64,000 nt of DNA, taken from contig CAWJMT010000004.1 in assembly GCA_963844035.1 (NCBI GenBank), forward strand, positions 1 through 64,000. Reading direction: 5' to 3'. This document shows positions 33,313 through 43,931 of the stretch, one piece after another. The notes beneath the pieces were generated by a model that was given only the letters and a program-made list of their open reading frames with translations, ran no database searches and was not told the origin of the DNA. This DNA comes from an uncultured Gemmatimonadales bacterium (GTDB taxonomy: Bacteria > Gemmatimonadota > Gemmatimonadetes > Gemmatimonadales > GWC2-71-9). The position numbers were made by a program, and so were the translations under genes. The stretch's first letter is position 1. Each line of letters opens with the position of its first letter.

Positions 33313-35145
33313 TCATTCTACTGTCACTGACTTTGCAAGGTTTCGCGGCTGATCGACATTGCACCCCCGCCGCACCGCGATGTAGTACGCGAGCAGCTGC
33401 AGGGGCAGCACCGTAAGGATCGGTGTGAGCAGGTCGAGCGTTTCCGGAACTTCGATGCGGTGTTCGGCGAGCTTGGCCAGTCCGGTGTCGCCTTCGGTCA
33501 CGACGGCGATGACCCGCCCGCCGCGGGCTTTTACCTCTTCCACGTTACTGACGATCTTCTGGTAGACCGCGTCCCGCGGGGCGACGAAAACCACCGGCAT
33601 CAGCTCGTCGATCAGCGCGATCGGCCCGTGCTTCATCTCGGCCGCCGGGTACCCTTCCGCGTGGATGTAGGAAATCTCCTTCAGCTTGAGGGCGCCCTCG
33701 AGTCCGACCGGGAAGTTGTAGCCGCGTCCCAGGTACAACACGTTGCTCGCCCGCATCAACCCCTCCGCCAGCTGCTCGACCTCGGACGCTTTGTCGAGCA
33801 CCCGCCGCACCAGCTGTGGGAGGCGCGCCAGCGAGCGCACGACTTCCCTGCCCTGCAGGATCGACAGCGCCCGCAGCCGCCCGATCTTGAGCGTGAGCAG
33901 GGCGAGCGCGGCGATCTGGCTGGTGAACGCCTTGGTGCTCGCCACGCCGATTTCGGGGCCGGCGTGGAGGTAGATGCCCCCCTCCACTTCACGCGCGATG
34001 GTGCTGCCGACCACGTTCACGATCCCGAGCGTGCGTGCCCCGCGGCGCTTGGCCTCGCGCAGGGCGGCGAGCGTGTCCGCCGTCTCGCCCGACTGGGACA
34101 GGCCGATCACGAGCGTCCGCTCGTCCACGATCGGATTGCGGTAGCGGAACTCGGAGGCGTACTCGACCTCCGTCGGGATGCGGGCCAGCTCCTCCATCAT
34201 GTACTCGCCGATCAGCGCCGCATGCCACGACGTGCCGCACGCCGTGATCACGATGCGGTCAATCTTGAGCAGGTCCTCATTGGACAGGTTGAGGCCGCCG
34301 AGCCGGGCGGTGCCCTCTTCTTCGAGCAGCCGGCCCCGCAGCGTGTTCCGCAGGCTCTCGGGCTGCTCCATGATTTCCTTCAGCATGAAGTGCGCAAAAC
34401 CGCCACGCTCGATCGTGCCCAGGTCCCACTCGACATGGGTCACGGGCTTCGCCTTCTCGACGGCGTCCATGTCGATGATGCGGTACTCGTCGGGCCGCAC
34501 CACCGCGATGTCGCCGTCGTCCAGGTACACAACCGAGCGCGTGTGGGGCAGGACCGCCGAGGCGTCCGACGCGACGAAGTTCTCGTGGTTTCCGATCGCC
34601 ACGAGGAGAGGTGAGCCCCGCCGCGCCGCGACCACCGTGTCGGGCTCCCGGGTCGAGAGCACCGCGATCCCGTAGGTCCCCTCGACCTGGCGCAGCGCAC
34701 CGGCGACTGCCTCAACCAGCGAGCGTCCGCTGCCGTGCAGGTCCTCGATCAGGTGCGACAGTACTTCGGTGTCGGTTTCCGAGCGGAAGACGTGACCCCG
34801 TTTGGTGAGCGCGGTGCGCAGGGTGTCGGCGTTCTCGATGATCCCGTTGTGCGCCAGGGCAATCGTCCCGCCGCAATCGGTGTGCGGGTGCGCGTTGATG
34901 GTATTGGGAACGCCGTGGGTGGCCCAGCGCGTGTGGGCGATGCCGGTCCGCCCGGCGGGGAGCGAAGCGCCGAGCGCCTTTTCGAGCGCGGCGATCTTGC
35001 CGGCGGCTTTGTGGACCTCGATGCGTCCCTGGTCGACCAGCGCCAGGCCGGCCGAGTCATAACCGCGGTACTCGAGGCGCTTGAGCCCTTCGAGGAGTAG
35101 GGGAGCGGCCTGTCGCGCCCCGGTGTAACCGACGATACCGCACAT
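33313..35145 (-). CDS. glmS: Glutamine-fructose-6-phosphate aminotransferase
   Basis: MCGIVG, RGYDSAG, HTRWATHG, SQSGETADT, DQPRNLAKSVTVE. Confidence 0.98.
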   Translation of the reverse strand: MCGIVGYTGARQAAPLLLEGLKRLEYRGYDSAGLALVDQGRIEVHKAAGKIAALEKALGASLPAGRTGIAHTRWATHGVPNTINAHPHTDCGGTIALAHNGIIENADTLRTALTKRGHVFRSETDTEVLSHLIEDLHGSGRSLVEAVAGALRQVEGTYGIAVLSTREPDTVVAARRGSPLLVAIGNHENFVASDASAVLPHTRSVVYLDDGDIAVVRPDEYRIIDMDAVEKAKPVTHVEWDLGTIERGGFAHFMLKEIMEQPESLRNTLRGRLLEEEGTARLGGLNLSNEDLLKIDRIVITACGTSWHAALIGEYMMEELARIPTEVEYASEFRYRNPIVDERTLVIGLSQSGETADTLAALREAKRRGARTLGIVNVVGSTIAREVEGGIYLHAGPEIGVASTKAFTSQIAALALLTLKIGRLRALSILQGREVVRSLARLPQLVRRVLDKASEVEQLAEGLMRASNVLYLGRGYNFPVGLEGALKLKEISYIHAEGYPAAEMKHGPIALIDELMPVVFVAPRDAVYQKIVSNVEEVKARGGRVIAVVTEGDTGLAKLAEHRIEVPETLDLLTPILTVLPLQLLAYYIAVRRGCNVDQPRNLAKSVTVE

Positions 35146-35192
35146 GGGGTCCAAAGATAACGCCGCGGGCGGGTGGGCGGGCAGGCGGCCCG

Positions 35193-36506
35193 TCAGGCAC
35201 GCGGGACTGGTGTCCGCCGATCACCGCGAGCGTCGAGCACCTCACGTACCTTCCGAGCCAACACCTCAGCCCCGAACGGCTTCTGCAGAAACGCGAGGCC
35301 GGGCTCCAGAAGCCCTTGCCGCACGATTGAGGCGTCGGGATAGCCGGACACGTACAGGACCTTCGTCTCCGGGTGCATAGGTTCAAGCAGGAGCGCGACC
35401 TCGCGGCCGTGCATGCCCGGCATGACCACATCGGTGACAAGCAGGTGGATAGGTCCCGAGTGGCGCTCCGCCAGCCGCAGCGCCTCGTCGCCCCGCGCGG
35501 CGGAGAGGACCGTGTAACCCCGAGCCTCGAGCATACGTCGGGTCAGCCGGAGTACCTCTTCCTGGTCCTCGACGACCAGGACAACCTCCGAGCCCCGCAG
35601 CGGAACGGTGGTCTCATCCTTCGCCACAACCGCCTCCGCGACCACCCCGGAGCGCGGCAAGTAGACCTTGAACGTCGAGCCGTGGCCTTTTTCGCTATAG
35701 GCCCAGATGTAACCGCCACTCTGTTTTACAATGCCGTACACGGTGGCCAGTCCCAGGCCGGTGCCCTCACCCTCCCTCTTGGTGGTGAAGAACGGCTCAA
35801 ACAGGCGCGCCCTGGTCGCCGCATCCATTCCGACGCCGGTGTCGGTAACAGCCAGGAGCACGTACAGTCCCGGCTGGGCCTGGATGTGCCGCTCGGCGTA
35901 GATCCCGTCCAGCTCGACGTTGGCAGTCTCTACCGTGATTTTTCCGCCTCGCGGCATCGCATCCCGGGCATTCACCGTCAAGTTCACAATGACCTGTTCC
36001 AGCTGCCCAGGGTCGGCCCGAACAGCGCTCAAGTCAGACGCGAGAGCCGTGTGCAGCTCGATGTCCTCCCCGATCAGTCGCCCGAGCAATTCCCGTGTAT
36101 CCGCGACCAGCGCATTCAGGTCCACCACCCGCGGTTCGAGCACCTGCTGCCGGCTGAAGACGAGCAGCTGGCGGGTGAGCCCGGCGGCGCGCTGCCCAGC
36201 CCTGCGAATCTCGGCGACATCCTCGTGTGTCCCCGATCCCGGCACGAGGTCCGCGAGCAGCAGCTCGGTGCTCCCAAGGATAGCCGTGAGGATGTTGTTG
36301 AAATCGTGCGCGATGCCTCCCGCCAGCCGTCCGACGGCCTCCATCTTCTGCGCCTGACGATACTGGACTTCGAGCTGCCGAATCTCGGTCAGATCAGCCG
36401 CAATCGACAACATGCCGGAGACCTGCCCGCGCGCACTGTACAACGGCGCGGCGGACAGGCTGATGGTGACCGAAGAACCATCCTTGCATCGGTGCACCAC
36501 TTCCAC
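35193..36506 (-). CDS. Hybrid histidine kinase (PAC remnant-HisKA-HATPase-REC), N-terminally truncated
   Basis: QAQKMEAVGRLAGGIAHDFNN, NARDAMP, PFFTTK..GTGLGL, TDVVMPG; begins mid-PAS (EVVHRCKDG). Confidence 0.88.
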   Translation of the reverse strand: MEVVHRCKDGSSVTISLSAAPLYSARGQVSGMLSIAADLTEIRQLEVQYRQAQKMEAVGRLAGGIAHDFNNILTAILGSTELLLADLVPGSGTHEDVAEIRRAGQRAAGLTRQLLVFSRQQVLEPRVVDLNALVADTRELLGRLIGEDIELHTALASDLSAVRADPGQLEQVIVNLTVNARDAMPRGGKITVETANVELDGIYAERHIQAQPGLYVLLAVTDTGVGMDAATRARLFEPFFTTKREGEGTGLGLATVYGIVKQSGGYIWAYSEKGHGSTFKVYLPRSGVVAEAVVAKDETTVPLRGSEVVLVVEDQEEVLRLTRRMLEARGYTVLSAARGDEALRLAERHSGPIHLLVTDVVMPGMHGREVALLLEPMHPETKVLYVSGYPDASIVRQGLLEPGLAFLQKPFGAEVLARKVREVLDARGDRRTPVPRA

Positions 36507-36527
36507 TGAATGACCGCCGGCTCTCGC

Positions 36528-37926
36528 CTACGCCGCCCCGCACAGCTTCTTCCCCTCGTCCACGAGCTGCTGGGCCTGCCCCGCCCGCCGGCGCCTCGGC
36601 GATCAGGCGGATGATCGGCTCGGTATTCGACGGCCGCACGTGCAGCCAGCGATCGGGCCACGCGAGCCGCAGGCCGTCCTGGGTATCCACGGTGGCATCG
36701 CTGAACCGTTTGCGCAGCGCGGCGTACACCGCGTCGAGCGCGGGCCCGCGCGGCGTCTTGGCCTTCACGATCGTGTAGCGCGGCGACGCCGCGACGATCT
36801 CGCTCACCCTCCGGCCGCTGCGCGCCAGCAGCGTCAGCGCGAGCGCCGCGGCCACGGGCGCGTCGCGGCCGGCGTGCAGCGTCGGATAGATCACGCCCCC
36901 GTTCCCTTCGCCCCCGATGACCGCGCCCAGGTCCACCATGCGGTGCGCCACGTGCGCCTCCCCGACGGGAGTCCGCACCACCGTCGCGCCGCAATCGCGC
37001 GCCGCGTCTTCGACGACGAGGCTGGTGGAAAGGTTGCACACCACGGCGAGCCGGTTGGGCGGATAGGAAATCAGCGGCGACCGGGCGCCCGCCGTCGGAT
37101 CGCCGAGGACGGCGCGCACCGCGAACGCGAGGGTGTAGTCCTCGCCGATCGGCCTGCCGGTCTCGTCCACGATCGCCAGCCGGTCCACGTCCGGGTCCAC
37201 CGCGATGCCCAGCGCCGCGGCCGATTTGCGCACCGCGGTGCCGAGCGCGCTCAGGTGCTCCGGAATGGGCTCGGGGGCGCGGGGAAACAGGCCATCGGGC
37301 GTGAGCTCGAGGCCCCACACGGCGCACCCCAGGCGCTCGAGCAGCGCGGGCATGATGACGCCCCCCGCCCCGCGCACCGTGTCGAGCGCCACGCGCATGC
37401 CGCGCTTGCGGATCGCCTCGACGTCCACCGCCGGCAGCGCGAGCACGCTTTCGATGTGCCGCTCGATGGCGCCGCCGTCCACCGTGACCCGTCCCCCATC
37501 CCCCGTCCCCCGTCCCTCGTGCTCGTCACTCGCCGCCCAATCCCGCACCCGGACCCCTTCGGCGCCGTCGAGAAAGATCCCGTCGCCGCCGATGAACTTG
37601 AGCGCGTTCCATTCGCTGGGGTTGTGGCTCGCGGTGACGGCGATGCCGCCGCCCGCGTGGTGATAGGTGACGGCCAGCTGGATCGTGGGGGTGGGGACCA
37701 GGCCGACGTCGATCACGTCGCACCCGGCCGCGATGAGGCCCTCGTGCACGGCCTGCGCGAACCGCGGGCCCGACGGGCGGGAGTCGCGGCCCACCACGAC
37801 GAGCGGCTTGCGCTCGCCCGCCCAGCGGCCGAACGCGCGCGCCCACCGCGCCACGATGTCCGGGGTGAGGTCCTTGTCGACGATCCCGCGCACGCCGGAC
37901 ACGCCGACCATCAAGGTGTCGGTCAT
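36528..37926 (-). CDS. glmM: Phosphoglucosamine mutase / phosphohexomutase, frameshift near the C-terminus
   Basis: GVSGVRG, GRDSR, TASHNP, DPDVDR, GEGNGG, RPSNTEP; adjacent to glmS. Confidence 0.9.
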
Positions 37927-37939
37927 CGGACGGCGCGCC

Positions 37940-39038
37940 TCAAGTGGTGGCGTCGGCGGGTCGGGGCTGCTCCGCGACGGGAGGAAGGTGCAGCGGCCGG
38001 ATCTCCGCCGTGGCGACCGGGAGCGACGCAGGGGTCGGGAACGCGGCCACCAGCGCATCGACCACCGCGGGATCGAACTGGCGCCCCTTCCAGACCTGGA
38101 GCTCTTCGATCGCCTTCTCGATCGACATAGCCGGGCGGTAGGGGCGCACGCTGGTCATGGCGTCGAACGAGTCGGCGACGGTCACGACGCGCACCTCGAG
38201 CGGAATCGCGTCCGACTTCGAGCCCGTCGGGAAACCCCTTGCCGTCGAGCCGCTCGTGGTGATGGCGCACGATGGCGAGCGCGATCGGCGCGTCGCGCAT
38301 CAGCGGCTCGAGAATCCGGGCGCCGATCGTGGGGTGCTCCATGATGTGGCGGTACTCCGCATCCGTGAGCTTGGCCGGCTTGTTGAGCACCGCTTCGCTC
38401 ACGCCGATCTTCCCGATGTCGTGCAGCTCGGCGCCGAGCGCGATCACGTCCACCGCTTCCTGGCTCATCCCCAGCCGCTGGGCGATGCCGACGGAGTACT
38501 TGGTGACCCGCACCGAGTGGCCCCGCAGGTACGTGTCCTTCTCTTCGAGAAAATGGACCAGGGCCTGGAGCCGCTCGAGCGACAGCTCCTCGATGCGGCG
38601 CGCCTGTTCCTTGACGCGCGCCTCGAGCTCGTGCCGGTAACCTTCGACTTCCATCTTGAGGCGCCGCTTGTCGAGGGCCTGCATGACCCGGGCGCGCACC
38701 TCGTCCAGGTGGAACGGCTTGGCCACGTAGTCGAGCGCGCCGAGCTGGAGGCACGCGACCGCGCTTTCGACCTCGGCGACGGCGGTGACCATGATGACGG
38801 CGGTGTCGGGCCAGCGGGCAATGATCTCCCGCAGCAGCGCCACCCCGTCCATCTCGGGCATCCGCAGGTCGGAGATCACCAGGGGAGCAGGCTCGGCCTG
38901 CATCAACTCGAGCGCTTCCGTGCCGGAGCCCGCTTCGCGGCAAATGAAGCCTTCTCCCTCGAGCAGGCGCACGAGGACGCGACGGAGCCGCGGTTCATCG
39001 TCGACGACGAGGCACCGCGAGGCGTTGGACTCTGGCAT
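37940..39038 (-). CDS. Response regulator with HD-GYP domain, frameshift near 38220
   Basis: LVVDDE..SDLRMP..AKPF REC; GHSVRV, LHDIGKIG, HHERLDGKGFPDGL, VADSFDAMTS.RPYR. Confidence 0.9.
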
Positions 39039-39094
39039 TGCAGCTAACGTAAAGGTCGCTTGCTCGGCGCGAAAGGCACCCTTACGTTCCCGCC

Positions 39095-40318
39095 ATGACG
39101 CAGGTGTCAGGGAAGGACCTCGATCGTCGCTTCGCCACCCGCGCGGTGCATGCGGGAGCAACCCCCGATCCCCTCGCCGGCGCCGTGATGAGCCCCATCT
39201 ACCAGACCTCCACGTACATCCAGGATGGACTGGGGAGGCACAAAGGCTACGAGTACGCCCGCACCCGCAATCCCACGCGCGAAGCGCTGGAGCGCAACGT
39301 CGCGGCGCTCGAAGGCGGACGCCACGGGTTCGCCTTCGGGTCCGGTCTCGCCGCTCTCGACTCGCTGCTGAAGCTGTTGTCCGCCGGGGATCACGTCGTC
39401 TGCGGTGAAAACGTGTACGGCGGCACGCATCGCCAGATGACGCACATCTGGGCCCGCCACGGCCTCACGTTCACCTTCGTGGACACGGCCGACGCGCAGC
39501 GGATCGCCGATGCCGTCACGCCCGCCACGCGGATGATCTTCGTCGAGACGCCGACGAACCCCCTGATGCGCCTGTGCGATCTGGCCGCGGCGGCCGAGAT
39601 CGCGCGCCGCGCGCACGGCTGGCTCGTGGTGGACAACACGTTCGCAACGCCGTTCTTTCAGCGTCCGCTCGAGCTCGGGGCCGACGTGGTGCTCCACTCC
39701 ACGACCAAGTACCTGAACGGGCACAGCGATATGATCGGCGGCCTGCTCGTGGTGCAGGACGACGATGTGGCCGCGCGCGTGGGGTTTATCCAGAACGCCG
39801 CCGGCGCCGTTCCCGGCCCGTTCGACTGCTGGTTGTGCCTGCGCGGCACCAAGACGCTCGCCCTGCGGATGCGCCAGCACGACGCCAGCGGGCGGCGGAT
39901 CGCCCAGTGGCTCGAGCAGCACCCCAGGGTGCAGCGCGTCTATTACCCAGGCCTTCCGTCCCACCCGGAGCACGCCCTCGCCTGCCGCCAGATGACGGGG
40001 TTCGGGGGGATGGTGAGCATCGAGCTGGGGTCGCTCGAGCGCGCCACGCGGTTCGCCGAGAGCACCAAGGTCTTCGCGCTCGCCGAGTCGCTGGGCGGCG
40101 TTGAGAGCCTGGTCGGCCATCCCGCGTCGATGACCCACGCCAGCGTGCCGCGCGAGATGCGGGACGCGATGGGCCTGACCGACGGCCTGGTGCGGCTGTC
40201 GGTCGGGATCGAGGACGTGGAGGATTTGATCGCGGATCTGGAGCAGGCGCTGAACGCGGGGGAACGGAGGCTGAGGAAAGAGGTCAGGTTCACGCACCAG
40301 CAGAGGAGCCTTGTATGA
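39095..40318 (+). CDS. Cystathionine gamma-synthase/lyase (Cys/Met metabolism PLP enzyme)
   Basis: PIYQTST, YARTRNPTR, ETPTNP, DNTFATP, HSTTKYLNGHSD, AESLGGVESL. Confidence 0.93.
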   Translation: MTQVSGKDLDRRFATRAVHAGATPDPLAGAVMSPIYQTSTYIQDGLGRHKGYEYARTRNPTREALERNVAALEGGRHGFAFGSGLAALDSLLKLLSAGDHVVCGENVYGGTHRQMTHIWARHGLTFTFVDTADAQRIADAVTPATRMIFVETPTNPLMRLCDLAAAAEIARRAHGWLVVDNTFATPFFQRPLELGADVVLHSTTKYLNGHSDMIGGLLVVQDDDVAARVGFIQNAAGAVPGPFDCWLCLRGTKTLALRMRQHDASGRRIAQWLEQHPRVQRVYYPGLPSHPEHALACRQMTGFGGMVSIELGSLERATRFAESTKVFALAESLGGVESLVGHPASMTHASVPREMRDAMGLTDGLVRLSVGIEDVEDLIADLEQALNAGERRLRKEVRFTHQQRSLV

Positions 40319-41314
40319 CCGAATCCACGTCTCTCCCCACCGCCCGCCCGCGCAAGATTCTCACGCAAATCGCCGCGGTTTCGTGGGAGCACCCCGCCGA
40401 CCGTGCGGCGCTTCAGGGGTTGCGCTCCGTCCCGGGATTCGACGAGGTCGTGAAGAAGATCTTCGGGTTCCTGGGTGAGCGGGGTGTGCGGCTGCTGTTC
40501 CAGGCCGATGCGGTCCGGGTCGGTGCGACCCAGTTCCCCAAGCTCAACGCGCTGTACACCGACGTGCTCACGTCGCTCGACTGGCCCGAGCGTCCGGAGC
40601 TGTTCGTGTCGCAGACGCCGTTCGTGAACGCCGGCGCCTTCGGAATGGACCGGCCCTTTATCGTGATCAACTCGGGCGCGCTGAACCTGTTGGACGACGA
40701 CGAAATGCGCGCGCTGCTCGGACACGAGCTCGGGCACGTGATGAGCGGGCACGCGCTCTATCGTACCATCCTCATCCTGATCCTGAACGTCAGCTTCGCG
40801 TCGCTGCCGTTTCTCGCCGGTCTCGCGCTGCTGCCGGTCCGGATCGCGCTGCTCGAGTGGTACCGCAAGAGCGAGCTGTCGTCCGACCGGGCGGGGCTGC
40901 TGGCGAGCCAGGACGCGACCGCATCGTTGCGCATGTTCCTGAAGATGGCGGGCGGGGGCGACATGAAGCAGATGGATCTGAACGCCTTCCTGGTGCAGGC
41001 CAAGGAGTACGAAGCGTCGGGCGGGGCGCTCGATCGCATCTTCCAGATCCTGAACACCCTCGACCGGACGCACCCGTTCAACACGCTGCGCGCCGCCGAG
41101 CTGCAGCGCTGGATCGAAGGCGGGCGACTACGACCGCATCCTGCGCGGCGAGTACACGCGCCGCGGCCCCGACGCGGCGCAGCGGCCGTTCGAGAAGGAC
41201 CTGGACGACGCCCGCGAGCACTACATGAAGGAAGCCCGGGCCATGGCGAGCGACGTGGTGGACACGGCCAAGCGCGCCGCCCAGGCGTTTACGGACGCGT
41301 TCAAAAAGAAGTGA
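40315..41314 (+). CDS. M48-family zinc metallopeptidase, frameshift near 41122
   Basis: WEHPADRAAL, GHELGHVMSGH, ELSSDRAG, THPF. Confidence 0.9.
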
Positions 41315-42599
41315 GAGTTCTGGTCGTCGGCGGGGGCGGCCGCGAGCACGCCTTGTGTTGGGCCCTGCGCCGCGACCTCCCCGAGGCGACGCTGTTCGCC
41401 GCACCCGGGAATCCCGGCACGGCGGCGCTCGCCACCAACCTCTCCATCGCGGCGTCGGCGACGGACGACCTGGTCGCGGCGGCGGCGGCACAGCGCATCG
41501 ATCTCACCGTCATCGGCCCCGAAGGCCCGCTCGCGGCCGGGCTCGCGGACCGGCTCCGCGCGGCCGGCCGGCCGGTATTCGGGCCCACGCAGGCCGCCGC
41601 ACAGCTCGAGTCGTCCAAGGCGTTCGCCAAGGAAGTCATGCGCCGCGCCGGCGTGCCGACGGCCGCGAGCGGCACGTTCTCGGACATGGTCGCGGCGCAG
41701 TTCTTCATCAGCACGCATCCCATGCCGCTCGTCGTCAAGGCATCGGGGCTCGCCGCCGGAAAGGGCGTGATCGTGTGCGAGACCCGCGACGAAGCGCTGC
41801 GCGCGGCGCGAAGCATGCTCGAAGAAAGCGCGTTCGGCGACGCCGGGCGCGAGATCGTGATCGAGGCGTTCCTCGAAGGTGAAGAGCTGTCGGTGCTGGC
41901 GCTGACCGACGGGGAGCGCATCGCCATCCTGCCCCCGGCCCAGGATCACAAGCGGCTGGGCGACGGAGACTCGGGGCCCAATACCGGTGGGATGGGCGCC
42001 TACGCTCCGGTCGGGTTCGCGACGCCCGAGCTGCTGACCCGCGTGCGCCGCGAGGTGCTCGAGCCCACACTGCGGGAGATGGCATCGCGCGGCACCGTGT
42101 ACGCCGGCGTGCTGTATGCCGGGCTGATGGTCGCGACGCGACGGGACGCTGCGCGTGCTCGAGTTCAACTGCCGCTTCGGCGACCCCGAGACGCAGGTCG
42201 TCCTGCCGGTGCTGCGCCGCGGGGCCACCGCGGACCTGGTCGCGATCGCGACGGGCGGGTGGCGACCCAGCGCCGACGTCCTCCCCGCCACCGGCGCGGC
42301 GGTCACCACGGTGCTGGCGGCGCGGGGCTACCCCGAGCACCCCGAATCCGGCGCCGCCATCACCCTGCCGGAGGACCTGGGGCCCGACGTGCTGGTGTTC
42401 CACGCCGGCACCACGCGCGACCCCCAGGGCACGCTGCGCGTCGCGGGCGGGCGCGTGTTCGCCGTGACGGCGTTAGCGGCGAAGCGTGAAGGAGGCGGCC
42501 CGCGCCAGCGCGGCCGCGTGCGCGCGCATCGCGTTCGACGGCAGGACCTACCGCGGCGACATCGCCTGGCGGGAGATCGCGCGTGCCGGAGCTGCCTGA
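41311..42599 (+). CDS. purD: Phosphoribosylamine-glycine ligase, frameshifted
   Basis: VLVVGGGGREHAL, APGNPG, GPEGPL, KASGLAAGKGV, QDHKR..GPNTGGMGAY, EFNCRFGDPE. Confidence 0.95.
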
Positions 42600-43410
42600 G
42601 GTCGAGACGATCGTGCGCGAGCTGGCGCCGCGCCTGGAAGGCCACCGCGTGACCGCGGCCCGGCTCGCGAAGACCGATGTGTTGCGCCGCGTTTCCAAGC
42701 CCCGCCTGCTCCGCACCCTCAAGGGAAACAGCTTCGCCGAAGTGAGCCGGCGCGCCAAGCACGCGGTGTTCCGGCTCGCGAGCGGGCATCGCTTGGTGGT
42801 CCAGCCGCGCATGACCGGCTCGCTCATCGTGCACGACCGCCCGCTCACGCGCGCGGAGGCGAAGTACGCCGTGCTCACCTGCACGCTGGACGACGGCCGG
42901 CTGTTCGTCTATCGCGATGTGCGCCGCCTCGGCACGGTGTGGCTGCTCGACGAGGATGACTGGCTGGCGTACAGCGGCCGGATCGGCCCCGAACCGCTCG
43001 ATGAGACGTTCACGCCGTTCGTGTTCGCCCAGCGCCTGGAGGGCACGCGCGCGGCGATCAAGAAAACGATCATGGATCAGCGGCGCGTCGCCGGGGTCGG
43101 CAACATCTACGCGAATGAAGCCCTGTTCGCGGCGGGAATCGACCCGTCCAAGCCCACCAACAAGCTCTCGCTCGAGGAGTTCACCCGGTTGCACACCGCC
43201 GTGACCGAGATCCTCGAGCTGGCGGTGCGATCCTCAGGGACGACGGTACGCGACTACCGCACCGGGACGGGCGAACAGGGGCGTTTCCAGCTCCAGCTCA
43301 AAGTGTACGGACGCGGCGGCGAACGGTGCGTGCAATGCGGGAAGAAGCTCGTCACGACGCACACGATCGATTTGCGAGCGACGACGTTTTGCCCAGAATG
43401 CCAGAGATAG
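42583..43410 (+). CDS. mutM: Formamidopyrimidine-DNA glycosylase
   Basis: PELPEVET, RRAKH, GVGNIYANE, C-terminal C4 zinc finger. Confidence 0.96.
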   Translation: MPELPEVETIVRELAPRLEGHRVTAARLAKTDVLRRVSKPRLLRTLKGNSFAEVSRRAKHAVFRLASGHRLVVQPRMTGSLIVHDRPLTRAEAKYAVLTCTLDDGRLFVYRDVRRLGTVWLLDEDDWLAYSGRIGPEPLDETFTPFVFAQRLEGTRAAIKKTIMDQRRVAGVGNIYANEALFAAGIDPSKPTNKLSLEEFTRLHTAVTEILELAVRSSGTTVRDYRTGTGEQGRFQLQLKVYGRGGERCVQCGKKLVTTHTIDLRATTFCPECQR

Positions 43411-43414
43411 GACG

Positions 43415-43855
43415 CTAGCGTCTTTCTTCAGGGATCACCGCGAGCACGACCGATGCATTGGCCACCTGCACGCCGCCCGCCTCGACCGTGACGGTGGCGA
43501 AGTGCATGTTGCGCTTGCGGGTGACCTCCCCCCGCAACACGAGACGCGGCACCGCGCGTTCGACCGGCAGGCGGAACTCGGCATTGGCGCGCAGAAACCT
43601 CGGCCGGCCGCGCTGGCCGTTCGCCACCGCCCAGAGCGCCACCAGCTGGCCCGTTGCCTCGACGATGAGGGAGCCCGGAAACACCGGGTCTCCGGGCAAA
43701 TGCTGCGCGTAGACCCAGTGATCCGGCCCCAGATCGACCTCGGCAACGATCTTCGCCCCGTCGAGCTCCGTAACGCGTGAGATCTGGCGCATCTGGCCGA
43801 CGGGAAGAAAATGAGTGTTGAGGTCGATGAGACTCACGGGCCGCGTGCCGGACAT
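43415..43855 (-). CDS. FabA/FabZ-like hot-dog fold dehydratase
   Basis: HWVYAQHLPGDPVFPGSLIVEA motif. Confidence 0.8.
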   Translation of the reverse strand: MSGTRPVSLIDLNTHFLPVGQMRQISRVTELDGAKIVAEVDLGPDHWVYAQHLPGDPVFPGSLIVEATGQLVALWAVANGQRGRPRFLRANAEFRLPVERAVPRLVLRGEVTRKRNMHFATVTVEAGGVQVANASVVLAVIPEERR

Positions 43856-43931
43856 CCGGCAACGTTAGCGGCCGAAACGGATACGTTTCAAGGGCCGAGT
43901 AACCTCTACTTCCAACCGGAGCCCGGACACG

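Noticed and set aside
35146..35192. glmS ribozyme upstream of glmS
   Set aside because: There are only about 47 bp of intergenic space and a -10 box 8 nt from the ATG, leaving no room for one.
38220..38262. GFP instead of GYP in the HD-GYP motif
   Set aside because: This is a conservative substitution with the metal-binding residues intact, and is not informative on its own.
40315..42489. 724-aa M48 peptidase-PurD fusion in the ORF track
   Set aside because: One indel near 41122 shifts the peptidase into the purD frame. The repaired peptidase ends at TGA 41314, overlapping the purD GTG.
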